NCBI RefSeq assembly: GCF_002951835.1
Contig: NZ_CP019448.1
Coordinates: forward strand, 2,401,382-2,465,381
Direction of reading: 5' to 3'
Source of the DNA: Simonsiella muelleri ATCC 29453
GTDB taxonomy: Bacteria; Pseudomonadota; Gammaproteobacteria; Burkholderiales; Neisseriaceae
Length of the DNA stretch: 64,000 nt
Position 1 is the stretch's first letter; each line of letters opens with the position of its first letter. Below the pieces are notes generated by a model. It searched no databases, was not told where the DNA came from, and saw only the letters and a list, made by a program, of their open reading frames with translations. Below are positions 1 through 9,423 of this stretch, in pieces. The position numbers and the translations under genes were made by a program.

Positions 1-327
1 ATTCATAATGGTATGACTGCTGTTCATGATTTACACGGTGCGATGCACGGTGAAAAAGTGGCGTTTGGTTTGGTAGCGCAACTGGTCATGGAAGGCGCAT
101 CAACCGAAGAATTAGACGAAGTGATTGGCATCATGAAAGCAGTTGGTTTGCCTTTGACTTTGAAAGATTTGGGACTGAAAGAATTCAAAGAAACAGAATG
201 GCGACAAGTGGCTGAATTGTCTTGCGCGGAAGGCGAAACCATTCACAATGAGCCATTTAAAGTAACTCCTGATATGGTATACGATGCGATTGTTGCTGCG
301 GATAAATTATTGCAAACATATCAATAA
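1..327 (+). CDS. gldA: Glycerol dehydrogenase, C-terminal fragment. The 5' end lies outside the window.
   Basis: The ORF runs in frame from position 1. The C-terminal sequence (HNEPFKVTPDMVYDAIVAAD, GETIHNEPF) is typical of Fe-containing GldA-type alcohol dehydrogenases. Confidence 0.75.
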   Translation: MHNGMTAVHDLHGAMHGEKVAFGLVAQLVMEGASTEELDEVIGIMKAVGLPLTLKDLGLKEFKETEWRQVAELSCAEGETIHNEPFKVTPDMVYDAIVAADKLLQTYQ

Positions 328-335
328 CTATTTGA

Positions 336-411
336 CGTAAAGGCAGCCTGAAAGAGCAACGCGTTCAGCGAATCAAATTCACAAAATTATTTTTTCAGGC
401 TGCCTGAAAAT
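336..411. terminator. Inverted pair of DUS copies forming a stem-loop downstream of gldA.
   Basis: AGGCAGCCTGAAAG ... TTTTCAGGCTGCCTGAAAA, inverted and about 45 nt apart. The same arrangement recurs downstream of many genes in this window. Confidence 0.45.
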
Positions 412-570
412 TATTTTGGTTGGTTGTTTCGCTGAGTGCGTTGTCATTTTTAACGATCCTTTGATGGTTATTGAGATTAATTATCAAATAAAATCAATTA
501 CTCATCAAATACAGTCAGCAAAATTTTGTTATAATTCGTCTAACCATAACAACAATACATACTGATTGCC

Positions 571-1842
571 ATGATGAGACTAGCCACGATTGGTTTAAAC
601 CATCATACCGCGCCCGTTGCGATTCGTGAACGTTTGGCGTTTGCTGCTGCGACATTATCCGATGCTGTACGCGATTTGTTGCAGACGGTCGCAGCCGAAG
701 CGGTTATTTTATCCACTTGTAATCGCACGGAAATTTATTGCGTTGCCGATGCAGAAGACGTGATTGACTGGTGGGCAAATTATCATCAAATGAATGTAGA
801 TGAAATTCGTCCTTATTTATATACACACGGTTGCAGCGAAACCATTCATCACGCGTATCGCGTGGCGTGTGGTTTGGACAGCATGGTGCTGGGCGAGCCA
901 CAAATTTTGGGGCAAATGAAAGAAGCGGTACGCATTGCCACCGAACAACGTGCTTTGGGAACTTGGCTCAATGCCTTGTTTCAACGCACATTTGCTGTTG
1001 CCAAAGAGATTCGCAGTCATACTTGCGTAGGGGACAACACCGTGTCTATGGCATCTGCCAGCGTGAAAATGGCAGAAACTGTGTTTCCTGATTTGCATCA
1101 AACACGTGTTTTATTGGTGGGTGCTGGCGAGATGAATGAATTGGTGGCGACTTATTTTGCTGCCAAAAAACCGCTTGCAATGACCATCGCTAACCGCAGT
1201 TTGCCACGTGCTCAAGCCTTATGCGATAGCCTGATTGTGTCCGCAACTGCTTGTTCAATAAATGATTTACCGAAAATTATTCATCAATATGATGTGATTG
1301 TGTCTTGTACTGCCGCACCCATGCCGATTATTGGCAAACGCTTAATGGAACAAGCAATGGTGCAACGTGCTGGTAAACCGATTTTTATGTTGGATTTGGC
1401 TGTACCGCGTGATATTGAATCACAGGTTAATGAAATTAATGGTATTTATTTGAAAACTGTAGATGATATTGACAGTGTGGTGGCAACTGGTAAAGAGGCA
1501 CGGCGTGTGGCAGCGGCAGCGGCCGAGCAAATGGTGGCGAGCAAAGTAGCAGAATTTGTGGCATGGCAAAAACAGCGTCAGCGTGTGCCATTAATTTGCG
1601 CGTTACGTGATGAAGGTGAGCGGGCGCGGCAACAAGTTTTAAATAATGTAATCAAGCAATTAGAGAAAGGTTTAAGTCCACAAGAAGCTTTAGAACGCTT
1701 GTCAGTGCAATTAACCAACAAACTACTACACGCACCAACTCGTCTGTTAAATAAGGGAAATGACGAAACTTTGACGGCGGCGGTTTCACAAATTTATCGT
1801 TTACAGCCCCCGCAACATGAAAATGAACGGCGTTTAGCTTAA
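571..1842 (+). CDS. hemA: Glutamyl-tRNA reductase
   Basis: 423 aa. The N-terminus (LATIGLNHHTAPVAIRERLAF), the STCNRTEIY motif and the overall length match HemA. Confidence 0.93.
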   Translation: MMRLATIGLNHHTAPVAIRERLAFAAATLSDAVRDLLQTVAAEAVILSTCNRTEIYCVADAEDVIDWWANYHQMNVDEIRPYLYTHGCSETIHHAYRVACGLDSMVLGEPQILGQMKEAVRIATEQRALGTWLNALFQRTFAVAKEIRSHTCVGDNTVSMASASVKMAETVFPDLHQTRVLLVGAGEMNELVATYFAAKKPLAMTIANRSLPRAQALCDSLIVSATACSINDLPKIIHQYDVIVSCTAAPMPIIGKRLMEQAMVQRAGKPIFMLDLAVPRDIESQVNEINGIYLKTVDDIDSVVATGKEARRVAAAAAEQMVASKVAEFVAWQKQRQRVPLICALRDEGERARQQVLNNVIKQLEKGLSPQEALERLSVQLTNKLLHAPTRLLNKGNDETLTAAVSQIYRLQPPQHENERRLA

Positions 1843-1849
1843 ACTTAAA

Positions 1850-1888
1850 AACGTGTTATCTCATTAATTAGATAACACGTTTTCTTTC
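1850..1888 (+). terminator. Rho-independent terminator after hemA
   Basis: Stem AACGTGTTATCT / AGATAACACGTT followed by a T-tract. Confidence 0.6.
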
Positions 1889-1943
1889 AGGCTTCCTGAA
1901 ATTAGAATAGAAAGTTACATCAAAAAAATTGATGTATCAGAAT

Positions 1944-2612
1944 TTACACCGCCGCAACTGTAAAGCGTTGGAACAAATGTGCTTTTTTCTCTACATCATC
2001 GGCAATCGCACAAGCCAAATCTGCCACCGAAATATCTGCAGGTGCGCCATTTTTGTCTAAAATCACATCATCTTGCCCAATTTGGTATTTACCCGAACGC
2101 TCAAACGTAACAGGAGCAACCGCAAACATCGCGGCTGGTGACAAAAATGCCCAATTGATGTCGCGACGTGGGCGCAATTCATTTAATAATACACGTACCG
2201 CATCGGCTGCAGGATACACATCAGCAGGAAAATCAGGGGTATCAACCAGTTGCAAATTAGGTGCAACGTTCAGGCTGCCTGCTCCGCCAATTACCAAAAA
2301 ATACGGCACATCTGCATTTTTCACGGCTGGCAAGATATTACCATAAGCGATTTTGATGTCTTGTGCTAAATTAGGATTGCTCCAACCTGCATTAAACGCG
2401 CTAACAACAGCATCAAAACCTTTTAATTTTTCAGCAAAATTCGGTGAGTTTACGTCTGTAGCGATTGCGGTTACGTTGTCATTTTGAACAACTTTGTCCA
2501 CATTTCGTGCAAATGCGGTTACGTGATGCCCACGCGCTGCTAATTCTAAAACCGTTGCGTTGCCTACCAAACCAGTTGCGCCAATAACTGCAATTTTTTG
2601 TTTCATTTTCAA
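1944..2612 (-). CDS. NAD(P)H-binding oxidoreductase (NmrA / atypical SDR-like)
   Basis: N-terminal Rossmann motif IAVIGATGLVG, 222 aa. Confidence 0.65.
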   Translation of the reverse strand: MKMKQKIAVIGATGLVGNATVLELAARGHHVTAFARNVDKVVQNDNVTAIATDVNSPNFAEKLKGFDAVVSAFNAGWSNPNLAQDIKIAYGNILPAVKNADVPYFLVIGGAGSLNVAPNLQLVDTPDFPADVYPAADAVRVLLNELRPRRDINWAFLSPAAMFAVAPVTFERSGKYQIGQDDVILDKNGAPADISVADLACAIADDVEKKAHLFQRFTVAAV

Positions 2613-2746
2613 TTCCTTATTTTATGTTAAACAAATCATCAAAATATTTAATGTGAATCAATTTAAGATAAAACGGATTGTAATCTATTTTTTGATTGAA
2701 AATTAGTGCATAATAAGCTAATTTATTATTAGCTAAAAGTAAAAAT

Positions 2747-3643
2747 ATGAACGCATCGGATTTTGGACAATTATTGGTTTTTCAAGCCATAGCCGAAGAA
2801 AAAAGCATCACTGCTGCTGCTAAAAAACTCAATTTGGCTGTGCCATCAGTTAGCAAGTCATTGAAATTACTAGAACATAAAATGGGGGTGCCTTTATTCA
2901 CACGTACCACACGCACCATTCAATTAACCGATTCAGGTTTGCAGCTGTGGCAAAATACGTCTGCGCATTTAATTGCACTGAATCAAGCATTTGAAGAAGT
3001 CAGTGAACAACATCAAACGCCGCGTGGCACCGTCAAAATTACCTTATCCCAAGTGCATTTTGATTTGATTTTTAAAGATATTTTGCTGGATTTTTATGCC
3101 CAATATCCACACATCACGTTGGATTTTTCTATTAATAATGCAACCGTGAATCTGGCAGAGCAGGGGTTTGATTTGGGCATCCGTTTTGGTAACACGCTGG
3201 CAGATGGCGTGGTAGCACGGAAAATTTATCCATCTATTCGGCAAGGTATTTATGTTTCAAATAGTTATGTGGAAAAATATGGCATACCACAATCACCGAA
3301 TGACTTGGCGGCGCATCGCATGATTGGTTTTTATTTTATGACCGCGAAAAAAATTGAACCGTTTTTATTAAATATTGATGGAGTGGTTCAGGAAGTTTTT
3401 GTACATAATGTATTGATTTTAAATGATACAGATAAAATCATCAGTGCCATACATGCAGGCGTGGGGATTGGGCGAATTTTTGATAATGCACCTGATGTGG
3501 CGTTAAATGGGCTGATTCCTGTGTTGGAAGAGAACTGGTTGTGTTTTCCTGAAACATTTTTATATTTTATGCCAAATCGTTACAAGGCAAAACGCGTGCA
3601 GGTGGTCATTGATTTTTTGTTGCAAAAAAATCAGGCAGCCTGA
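2747..3643 (+). CDS. LysR-family transcriptional regulator
   Basis: N-terminal HTH (ITAAAKKLNLAVPSVSKSLKLLE) followed by a substrate-binding domain, 298 aa. Confidence 0.85.
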   Translation: MNASDFGQLLVFQAIAEEKSITAAAKKLNLAVPSVSKSLKLLEHKMGVPLFTRTTRTIQLTDSGLQLWQNTSAHLIALNQAFEEVSEQHQTPRGTVKITLSQVHFDLIFKDILLDFYAQYPHITLDFSINNATVNLAEQGFDLGIRFGNTLADGVVARKIYPSIRQGIYVSNSYVEKYGIPQSPNDLAAHRMIGFYFMTAKKIEPFLLNIDGVVQEVFVHNVLILNDTDKIISAIHAGVGIGRIFDNAPDVALNGLIPVLEENWLCFPETFLYFMPNRYKAKRVQVVIDFLLQKNQAA

Positions 3644-3674
3644 AAGGTGTTGTCAGACTGCCTGAAATAAAAAT

Positions 3675-4976
3675 TTATGACCAGATGAGTAAAGCGTGAT
3701 TGCGTTTACCACGTCTCACAATAGTATATTTACCAAAACGTTTGTTTTCATGAGTAATTTGGTATTTATCATCGGGTTTTTCGGGGGTGAAATGAGGATT
3801 ATTTTCCACAGCTACCGCACCATTAATTAACACTGCACCATTTTGTACAAAACCACGGGCTTCTTTATTGGATTGTGCTAAACCTGCTTGTACCAAGGCT
3901 TCCACAACATTCAGGCTGCCTGAAACCATAATTGTGGGTAAACCATCTAATGCCAACTGCGCATAATCCTGTTCCGTCAAATTGCTTTCATCGCCTGAAA
4001 ATAGACTGTCGGTAATGCGTTGGGCAGCTTGCAACGCAACATCGCCATGAATTAAACGTGTCATTTCTTCGGCTAAAATGCGTTGTGCTTTGGGTTTTTT
4101 TCCACTGGCCTTATCAGCAGTTTCAATTTCATCAATTTTTTTGATGGATAAAAAGGTAAAGTATTTCAAAAATTTATATACGTCAGCATCAGCTACTTTC
4201 AGCCAAAATTGGTAAAATTGATATGGTGATGTTTTCGCTGCATCAAGCCATACTGCGCCACCTTCGGTTTTGCCAAATTTGGTGCCGTCGGCTTTGGTGA
4301 CTAAAGGCAGTGTCATACCATGTACTGATTGTTGATTTAAACGGCGCGTGGTTTCTGTCCCCCAAGTAATGTTACCCCATTGGTCGCTACCGCCAATTTC
4401 TAATTTAACATTGTGCCGTTTATTTAATTCAGCAAAATCATAACCTTGAAGTAAAGCGTAAGCAAATTCAGTGAATGAAATTCCTTGGTCTTCGCGTTCA
4501 ATGCGTTGTTTGACGGCTTCTTTTGCCAACATGGCATTGACAGAAAAATGTTTGCCAATATCACGCAAAAAATCCAAACAATTCATCGTACCGAACCAAT
4601 TGGCGTTGTTTTCCATAATGGCTGGGTTTTCGCCATCAAATTTCAAAAATGGTTTCAATTGGTTACGAATACTTTCTACCCAACCTGCAACGGTTTCAGG
4701 TGTGTTTAGGCTGCGTTCTACAGCTTTAAAACTGGGGTCGCCGATCATACCTGTTGCACCGCCTACCAATGCCACTGGGGTATGTCCTGCATCTTGGAAA
4801 CGACGTAACACCAGTATCGGTAATAAATGCCCGATGTGTAAACTGTCTGCTGTGGGGTCAAAACCGCAATACAAAGCAATTTTTTCTGAATCTAATAAAT
4901 TAGATAATTCTTGAATATCAGTTGTTTGAGAGATTAATCCGCGCGCTTGCAAATCGGCTAATAATGGATTCATCAA
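3675..4976 (-). CDS. tyrS: Tyrosyl-tRNA synthetase
   Basis: HIGH motif (LHIGHLLP), KMSKS-like motif KFGKT, and a C-terminal S4 domain. There is a DUS inside the coding sequence at about 3908. Confidence 0.93.
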   Translation of the reverse strand: MMNPLLADLQARGLISQTTDIQELSNLLDSEKIALYCGFDPTADSLHIGHLLPILVLRRFQDAGHTPVALVGGATGMIGDPSFKAVERSLNTPETVAGWVESIRNQLKPFLKFDGENPAIMENNANWFGTMNCLDFLRDIGKHFSVNAMLAKEAVKQRIEREDQGISFTEFAYALLQGYDFAELNKRHNVKLEIGGSDQWGNITWGTETTRRLNQQSVHGMTLPLVTKADGTKFGKTEGGAVWLDAAKTSPYQFYQFWLKVADADVYKFLKYFTFLSIKKIDEIETADKASGKKPKAQRILAEEMTRLIHGDVALQAAQRITDSLFSGDESNLTEQDYAQLALDGLPTIMVSGSLNVVEALVQAGLAQSNKEARGFVQNGAVLINGAVAVENNPHFTPEKPDDKYQITHENKRFGKYTIVRRGKRNHALLIWS

Positions 4977-5222
4977 AATTCCTTATGAATAAAATAGATA
5001 AAAAATAGTTTTAGGCAGCCTGAAAATGAACAAAGCTTTATCCTGATAAAAACGCGTTGCATTATAAAGAAAAAAAGCCATGAAAACCAGTTTCAGGCTG
5101 CCTGAAAAATAGAGCACATGATTTTAGCTTTGATGAATAAATATTCAAAAAGTTCAGATTTCGCTATAATAAAAAATTTTGGTAAGATGTATCTGAATGT
5201 TAAAAAATTTAAGGATAACTAT

Positions 5223-5975
5223 ATGATTCGTAAACCTTCTAAATTTCGCGTACACGCGTTTTTATGGCATTTATTGTGTTCGCTCATTATGGCAACATTG
5301 AGTTCTGCGGTGGTTTTTTGGATATGGCATCCTGGATTATTGGCAAAAGCGGTGGGTGTGGGGCATATTTTTTTGATGATGTTGGCGGTTGATGTGATTT
5401 TGGGGCCATTGCTGACTTTTGCGGTGGCAAAACAAGGCAAAAAATCATTAAAATTTGATTTATCAGTGATTATTTTTGTACAAGTGGCGGCATTGATTTA
5501 TGGTTTGCACAGTATTGCGGCGAATCGTCCTGTGTATTTAGCTTTTGATATTTGGCGTTTTGAAATTGTCCGTGCCAGTGATGTGCGTCCCGAAGCATTG
5601 AAACGTGCTCAAAGTCCTTATAATCATTTATCGTGGTTTGGGCCCAAATGGGTGGCGGTAAAACCTGCAACCACAGCAGAAGACAAAAATAATCGTTTAT
5701 TTGGAGAATTATCCACAGGTATTTCCCCAGGTATGCAGCCTGATTTATATGATTCTATTGAAAATCAATGGAATGTGATTGTTTCAGAAGGAGCAAAATT
5801 AAGTGATTTGAAAAAATTCAATCCGCCTGAAAAAGTAGATGCGGTAATAGCTAAATATCCGACTGCTGATAAATTTTATCCGCTTAAATCGTTGGGTACC
5901 AGTATGACAGTGTTGATTAATTCCAAAGAAAAACGCATTTTGGATTTAGTGGATTTGCGTCCTTGGGAAGAATAA
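5223..5975 (+). CDS. Hypothetical polytopic membrane protein, possibly a TfpZ/FimB-like type IV pilin accessory protein
   Basis: Start moved to the ATG at 5223, which has an AAGGA ribosome-binding site. Three to four N-terminal transmembrane helices are followed by a soluble domain. The TfpZ assignment rests only on my recollection of the family architecture. Confidence 0.35.
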   Translation: MIRKPSKFRVHAFLWHLLCSLIMATLSSAVVFWIWHPGLLAKAVGVGHIFLMMLAVDVILGPLLTFAVAKQGKKSLKFDLSVIIFVQVAALIYGLHSIAANRPVYLAFDIWRFEIVRASDVRPEALKRAQSPYNHLSWFGPKWVAVKPATTAEDKNNRLFGELSTGISPGMQPDLYDSIENQWNVIVSEGAKLSDLKKFNPPEKVDAVIAKYPTADKFYPLKSLGTSMTVLINSKEKRILDLVDLRPWEE

Positions 5976-6050
5976 CTATCAGAAATAAATAAGGAGTGGT
6001 TAAAAAGTTAACCACTCCTTTTTGTGTGTGTACAGAAGTAATTTTAGAAA

Positions 6051-6407
6051 TTATTTCATGTTGTTTTCAGCATCAACCAAAGAACGACGAGCCAAAGCCA
6101 AGTTAGATTTAGAACGATCCAATACAGAGTACAAGAACAAACCATCATGGCGAGTCAATGGACGCAACAAGTGGTATTGTTTACCCAAAGTAATCAAGAT
6201 GTCTTCAATGCTGTCTTTCAAACCCAACATTTGCATGGTTTTCATTTTGGCACGCATCACTTCTGTGTTACCAGCAGCAGCGATTTCCAAATCAATGGCA
6301 GCAGAACCACCACCAGCCAACAACATACCGCTAGAGAAATCCACAATAGCAGCAGCCAAAGCACCATCAACATTTAACATTTCAGATACGGTTTTATCGT
6401 AGTTCAT
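6051..6407 (-). CDS. Roadblock/LC7-like small protein
   Basis: Start moved to MNYDK at 6407, which has a GGAG ribosome-binding site. The protein is about 118 aa and has a Gly-rich core (GMLLAGGGSAAIDLE). The six-frame ORF runs on without a stop to 6560. Confidence 0.4.
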   Translation of the reverse strand: MNYDKTVSEMLNVDGALAAAIVDFSSGMLLAGGGSAAIDLEIAAAGNTEVMRAKMKTMQMLGLKDSIEDILITLGKQYHLLRPLTRHDGLFLYSVLDRSKSNLALARRSLVDAENNMK

Positions 6408-6885
6408 GAAAAACTCCAAAAAAAAATAATAAAAAATCGCGATAAACGGGTAGTTTAAAGCACCGAATGCAATACGCTTGCCATGCGGATTACCAGGTTC
6501 CCACTTATTGGCAGGATTTGCCAACTTGTTTTGCTGCCTAGAAATTGCAGGGGTATGCAATCTTGAGCGTACAACCCAACGGTTACCAGGTTACCACTCG
6601 CCAGCTTAAATTATTTGGCTGACTCATTTTACTGCCCAGAAACTGGTTATATTATAGGGTTTAATTTTATTTTGGTAAAGATGTATATATATTTGTTTTG
6701 ATTTTTGGGAAAGATTATTTTCAAGGTAAAAATAATTTTCAGGCAGCCTGATTATTCACATGGTCAAAAATCGTCTATTTGTACTTTGATATAATCGCTT
6801 TTGACTAAAAAGTTGCAGCACGCCTAAATTGTCAATCGCCCCTAAGGCGATTAAGGCGATCCAAAAATAGAAAAAAGGTTTATTT

Positions 6886-7767
6886 ATGGATACATATTTA
6901 AGTATGAAAGTGTTTTGTCAAGTGGTTCAAAGTGGTAGTTTCACACGCGCTGCCGAATTATTGGGTATTTCCATTCCCATGGCAAGCAAACATGTTGCGC
7001 ATTTAGAAAAGACCATTCAATCTCAACTGCTTTATCGTAATAATCGTCATCTCAAATTAACTGAACAAGGTGAAATTTATTACCGTGAGTGTGTGATGGC
7101 GTTAGATATTTTGCGACAAGCGGAAAATGTGGTGTCGGCTGGCACAGTTAAACCCAGTGGTATTTTGCGCGTGAGTTTGCCGTTGTGGTTTTCGTGTGAC
7201 ATTTTCGCCAATTTAATTGCTGAATATCGTCAGCAATATCCTGATGTTGAACTGATTCTTAGTTTAACTAATCGTCGTGTCGATTTGAATACCGATGGCG
7301 AAGATTTGGCATTACGCTTGTCGCATCAATTGCCTGATAATGTGATTGCAAAATTTTTGACGCGTATCCCATTTTATTTGGTTGCTTCGCCCGATTATGT
7401 AGCACGATACGGGCTGCCTGAACATCACGAAGATTTACTCAAACATGAAGCCATTTTGCCATCTTACACAGATTTATCACAATTAGTGGCGCAATACCAA
7501 CAACAAACCGTGCCTTTACCTATGAAAGGTACATTGCGCAGCAACAACACACAAATGATTGCAGCTCTGATTCGTTCTGGTGTGGGATTGGGCTATATGC
7601 CTGCGTGGTTGGCGGATGTGGATTTGCAAGCTGGGCGATTGATTCACATTTTGCCTGATTATCAAATTGAAGGTGTGCCACTTTATGTGGTGTATGCCAA
7701 TCGTGCATTTATGAATGCGCGTACACGTAGCTTTATTGATTTTTTTGCAGAAAAATGGAAAAACTAG
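6886..7767 (+). CDS. LysR-family transcriptional regulator
   Basis: HTH FTRAAELLGISIPMASKHVAHLE, 293 aa. Confidence 0.85.
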   Translation: MDTYLSMKVFCQVVQSGSFTRAAELLGISIPMASKHVAHLEKTIQSQLLYRNNRHLKLTEQGEIYYRECVMALDILRQAENVVSAGTVKPSGILRVSLPLWFSCDIFANLIAEYRQQYPDVELILSLTNRRVDLNTDGEDLALRLSHQLPDNVIAKFLTRIPFYLVASPDYVARYGLPEHHEDLLKHEAILPSYTDLSQLVAQYQQQTVPLPMKGTLRSNNTQMIAALIRSGVGLGYMPAWLADVDLQAGRLIHILPDYQIEGVPLYVVYANRAFMNARTRSFIDFFAEKWKN

Positions 7768-7850
7768 ATTTTCAGGCTGCCTGAAAACGGTTAAAATGCG
7801 AAAGTATATACGCTATTTTGGCGTATGATTTTTTACAAGGATAGGATTGA

Positions 7851-8453
7851 ATGAAAAAAACTTTTCTGAAAAAAACATTGTTGGTATTGTTGGGCGTAAC
7901 CGCATCTCATACGGCTTTGGCTGATGCCATCACAGGGGCTTATATTCAAGGCGACATTGGTTTAACCTATATGAAAGCCGATGGTACGCATTATGATTCC
8001 GTTCGCAATGCCATCAAAACGTCATACAATGAATCCAAAATCATGCCACGTGTGAGCGTGGGTTACGATTTTGGTGATTGGCGCGTGGCTGGCGATTATA
8101 CGCATTATGCCAACATTGAAGACAGCACCGCCACCAACAAATTCACCACCAAAGTACGTGGTGCGGGCGTTTCGGCGATTTATGATTTCAATACGGCTTT
8201 GCCAGTACCTGTGCAACCTTATGTGGGTGCGCGTGTCTCGGTAAACAAAGTGAAACAAGAAAGCATTGCATTCGGTAATAATGCATTGATTTCCAATAGT
8301 AATAGTTCAACTAAAGTAAGTCCAGGCGTATTGGCTGGTATGAATTATAAATTGGATAATCATTTCACAGTAGATGCAGGCTATCGCTACAACCATTTGG
8401 ATTCAAGTGTGCAAACACATGAAGCATCAGTGGGGTTACGTTACACATTCTAA
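7851..8453 (+). CDS. Small outer-membrane beta-barrel protein (Opa / OmpA-like, 8-strand class)
   Basis: Signal peptide ending ALA-DA. The sequence shows alternating beta-strand periodicity and ends in a C-terminal F (..GLRYTF). Confidence 0.55.
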   Translation: MKKTFLKKTLLVLLGVTASHTALADAITGAYIQGDIGLTYMKADGTHYDSVRNAIKTSYNESKIMPRVSVGYDFGDWRVAGDYTHYANIEDSTATNKFTTKVRGAGVSAIYDFNTALPVPVQPYVGARVSVNKVKQESIAFGNNALISNSNSSTKVSPGVLAGMNYKLDNHFTVDAGYRYNHLDSSVQTHEASVGLRYTF

Positions 8454-8647
8454 TCATCAAAAATTTTGATGATTGATTATCAGGCTGCCTTTTGAGTAAT
8501 CAAACGATTGGGTTTTGTTATGTAACAGTAGATTGAAAAAATATCTTTTTTTTATAAATACGTTAGATTTAAAAATGGAGGGCGGATAATATGATTGTCT
8601 GCCCTTATTTCCTTTTATTCATCAAAAAAATTTATTGAAAAAATGTC

Positions 8648-9040
8648 ATGAACATCAGTCAAGCCGCACAACAAACAGGTTTATCCACCAAACAAATTCG
8701 TGATTATGAAAAACAAGGTTTGTTGCCACATGCTAAACGCACACCGAGCGGTTATCGTGATTATGCGCCAACCGACTTACAACGTTTGCATTTTATTCGC
8801 CATGCGCGAGATATGGGTTTTTCGTTGATGCAAATTGGGCAATTATTGGCGTTGCAAGATAATCCGACGCGGCAAAGCCGTGATGTGAAAGATTTGACTG
8901 CGCTGCATATCGCTGAATTAGATAAGAAAATTGCATCGCTGCAAGCTATGCGACATACGTTGCAAATATGGCATGACCAATGCACTGGCGATGAGCAACC
9001 AAATTGCTGTATTTTGGCGGGTTTGGTAGGGAAAGAATAG
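8648..9040 (+). CDS. cueR: MerR-family regulator, CueR-like (Cu(I)-responsive)
   Basis: N-terminal MerR HTH. C-terminal C-x7-C (CTGDEQPNC) at the CueR metal-site spacing. The stop codon TAG is the first 3 nt of a MITE terminal repeat. Confidence 0.6.
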   Translation: MNISQAAQQTGLSTKQIRDYEKQGLLPHAKRTPSGYRDYAPTDLQRLHFIRHARDMGFSLMQIGQLLALQDNPTRQSRDVKDLTALHIAELDKKIASLQAMRHTLQIWHDQCTGDEQPNCCILAGLVGKE

Positions 9041-9182
9041 AACCTGTTGTATTCACCGCCAAGCGTGATGTCTTTTTGCACCATTTGGTACGCCTGTAGG
9101 AATGCTATTAGCATAAAATTCGCCTGACATTCGTACCAACTGGGACAAAAATCTATTTTATGTTGGCTATGAATACAGGTTG
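9038..9182. mobile_element. MITE copy A (TAGAACCTGT... terminal inverted repeats; about 145 bp)
   Basis: Left end TAGAACCTGTTGTATTCACCGCCAAGCGTGATG, right end ...CGTTGGCTATGAATACAGGTTG. The core (CATTCG.ACCAACTGGGACAAAAATC) is shared with copies B, C and D. Confidence 0.75.
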
Positions 9183-9364
9183 AAACCTCTGCAAAACTAT
9201 CCGTCGTCATTATCGCGTAAGTGGTAATCCATTTTCAATCTTAAATGAATTTTCAATAAGTCAAATAAATCAATTATCTAAATTTTACTATTAGATTCCC
9301 GCATTAGCGAGAATGACGAGATTTGGGTTAGTTTTTGGATTTTGCAAAGGTTTCAGGTTCTAAA

Positions 9365-9415
9365 AAGGCAGCCTGAAAATAAATGAAATATTTTCAGGCT
9401 GCCTTATATTGTAAA
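9365..9415. terminator. Inverted DUS pair between the convergent cueR and fumarase genes
   Basis: AGGCAGCCTGAAAATAAATGAAATATTTTCAGGCTGCCTTA. Confidence 0.5.
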
Positions 9416-9423
9416 ATAATCAA

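Noticed and set aside
704-1101. Several 60-95 aa ORFs in the six-frame track (704-901 minus, 817-1101 minus, 831-1091 plus) that overlap hemA
   Set aside because: They lie entirely inside a well-supported long CDS, on other frames or the other strand. They have no ribosome-binding site. Their composition is Cys/His/Arg-rich, which is typical of antisense translation of coding DNA.
6410-6760. A possible small RNA or riboswitch in the long leader upstream of the Roadblock-like gene
   Set aside because: No recognisable conserved motif or terminator structure supports it. The in-frame extension of the ORF is probably coincidental.
8575-8612. A GGCGGATAAT-containing short motif also seen near 17290 and 36721 (GGGGGCGGATATAAAATCCACCGCCC)
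   Set aside because: There are only 3 loose occurrences with different contexts. The copy at 36721 forms a simple hairpin, probably a terminator. The evidence is not enough to call a repeat family.
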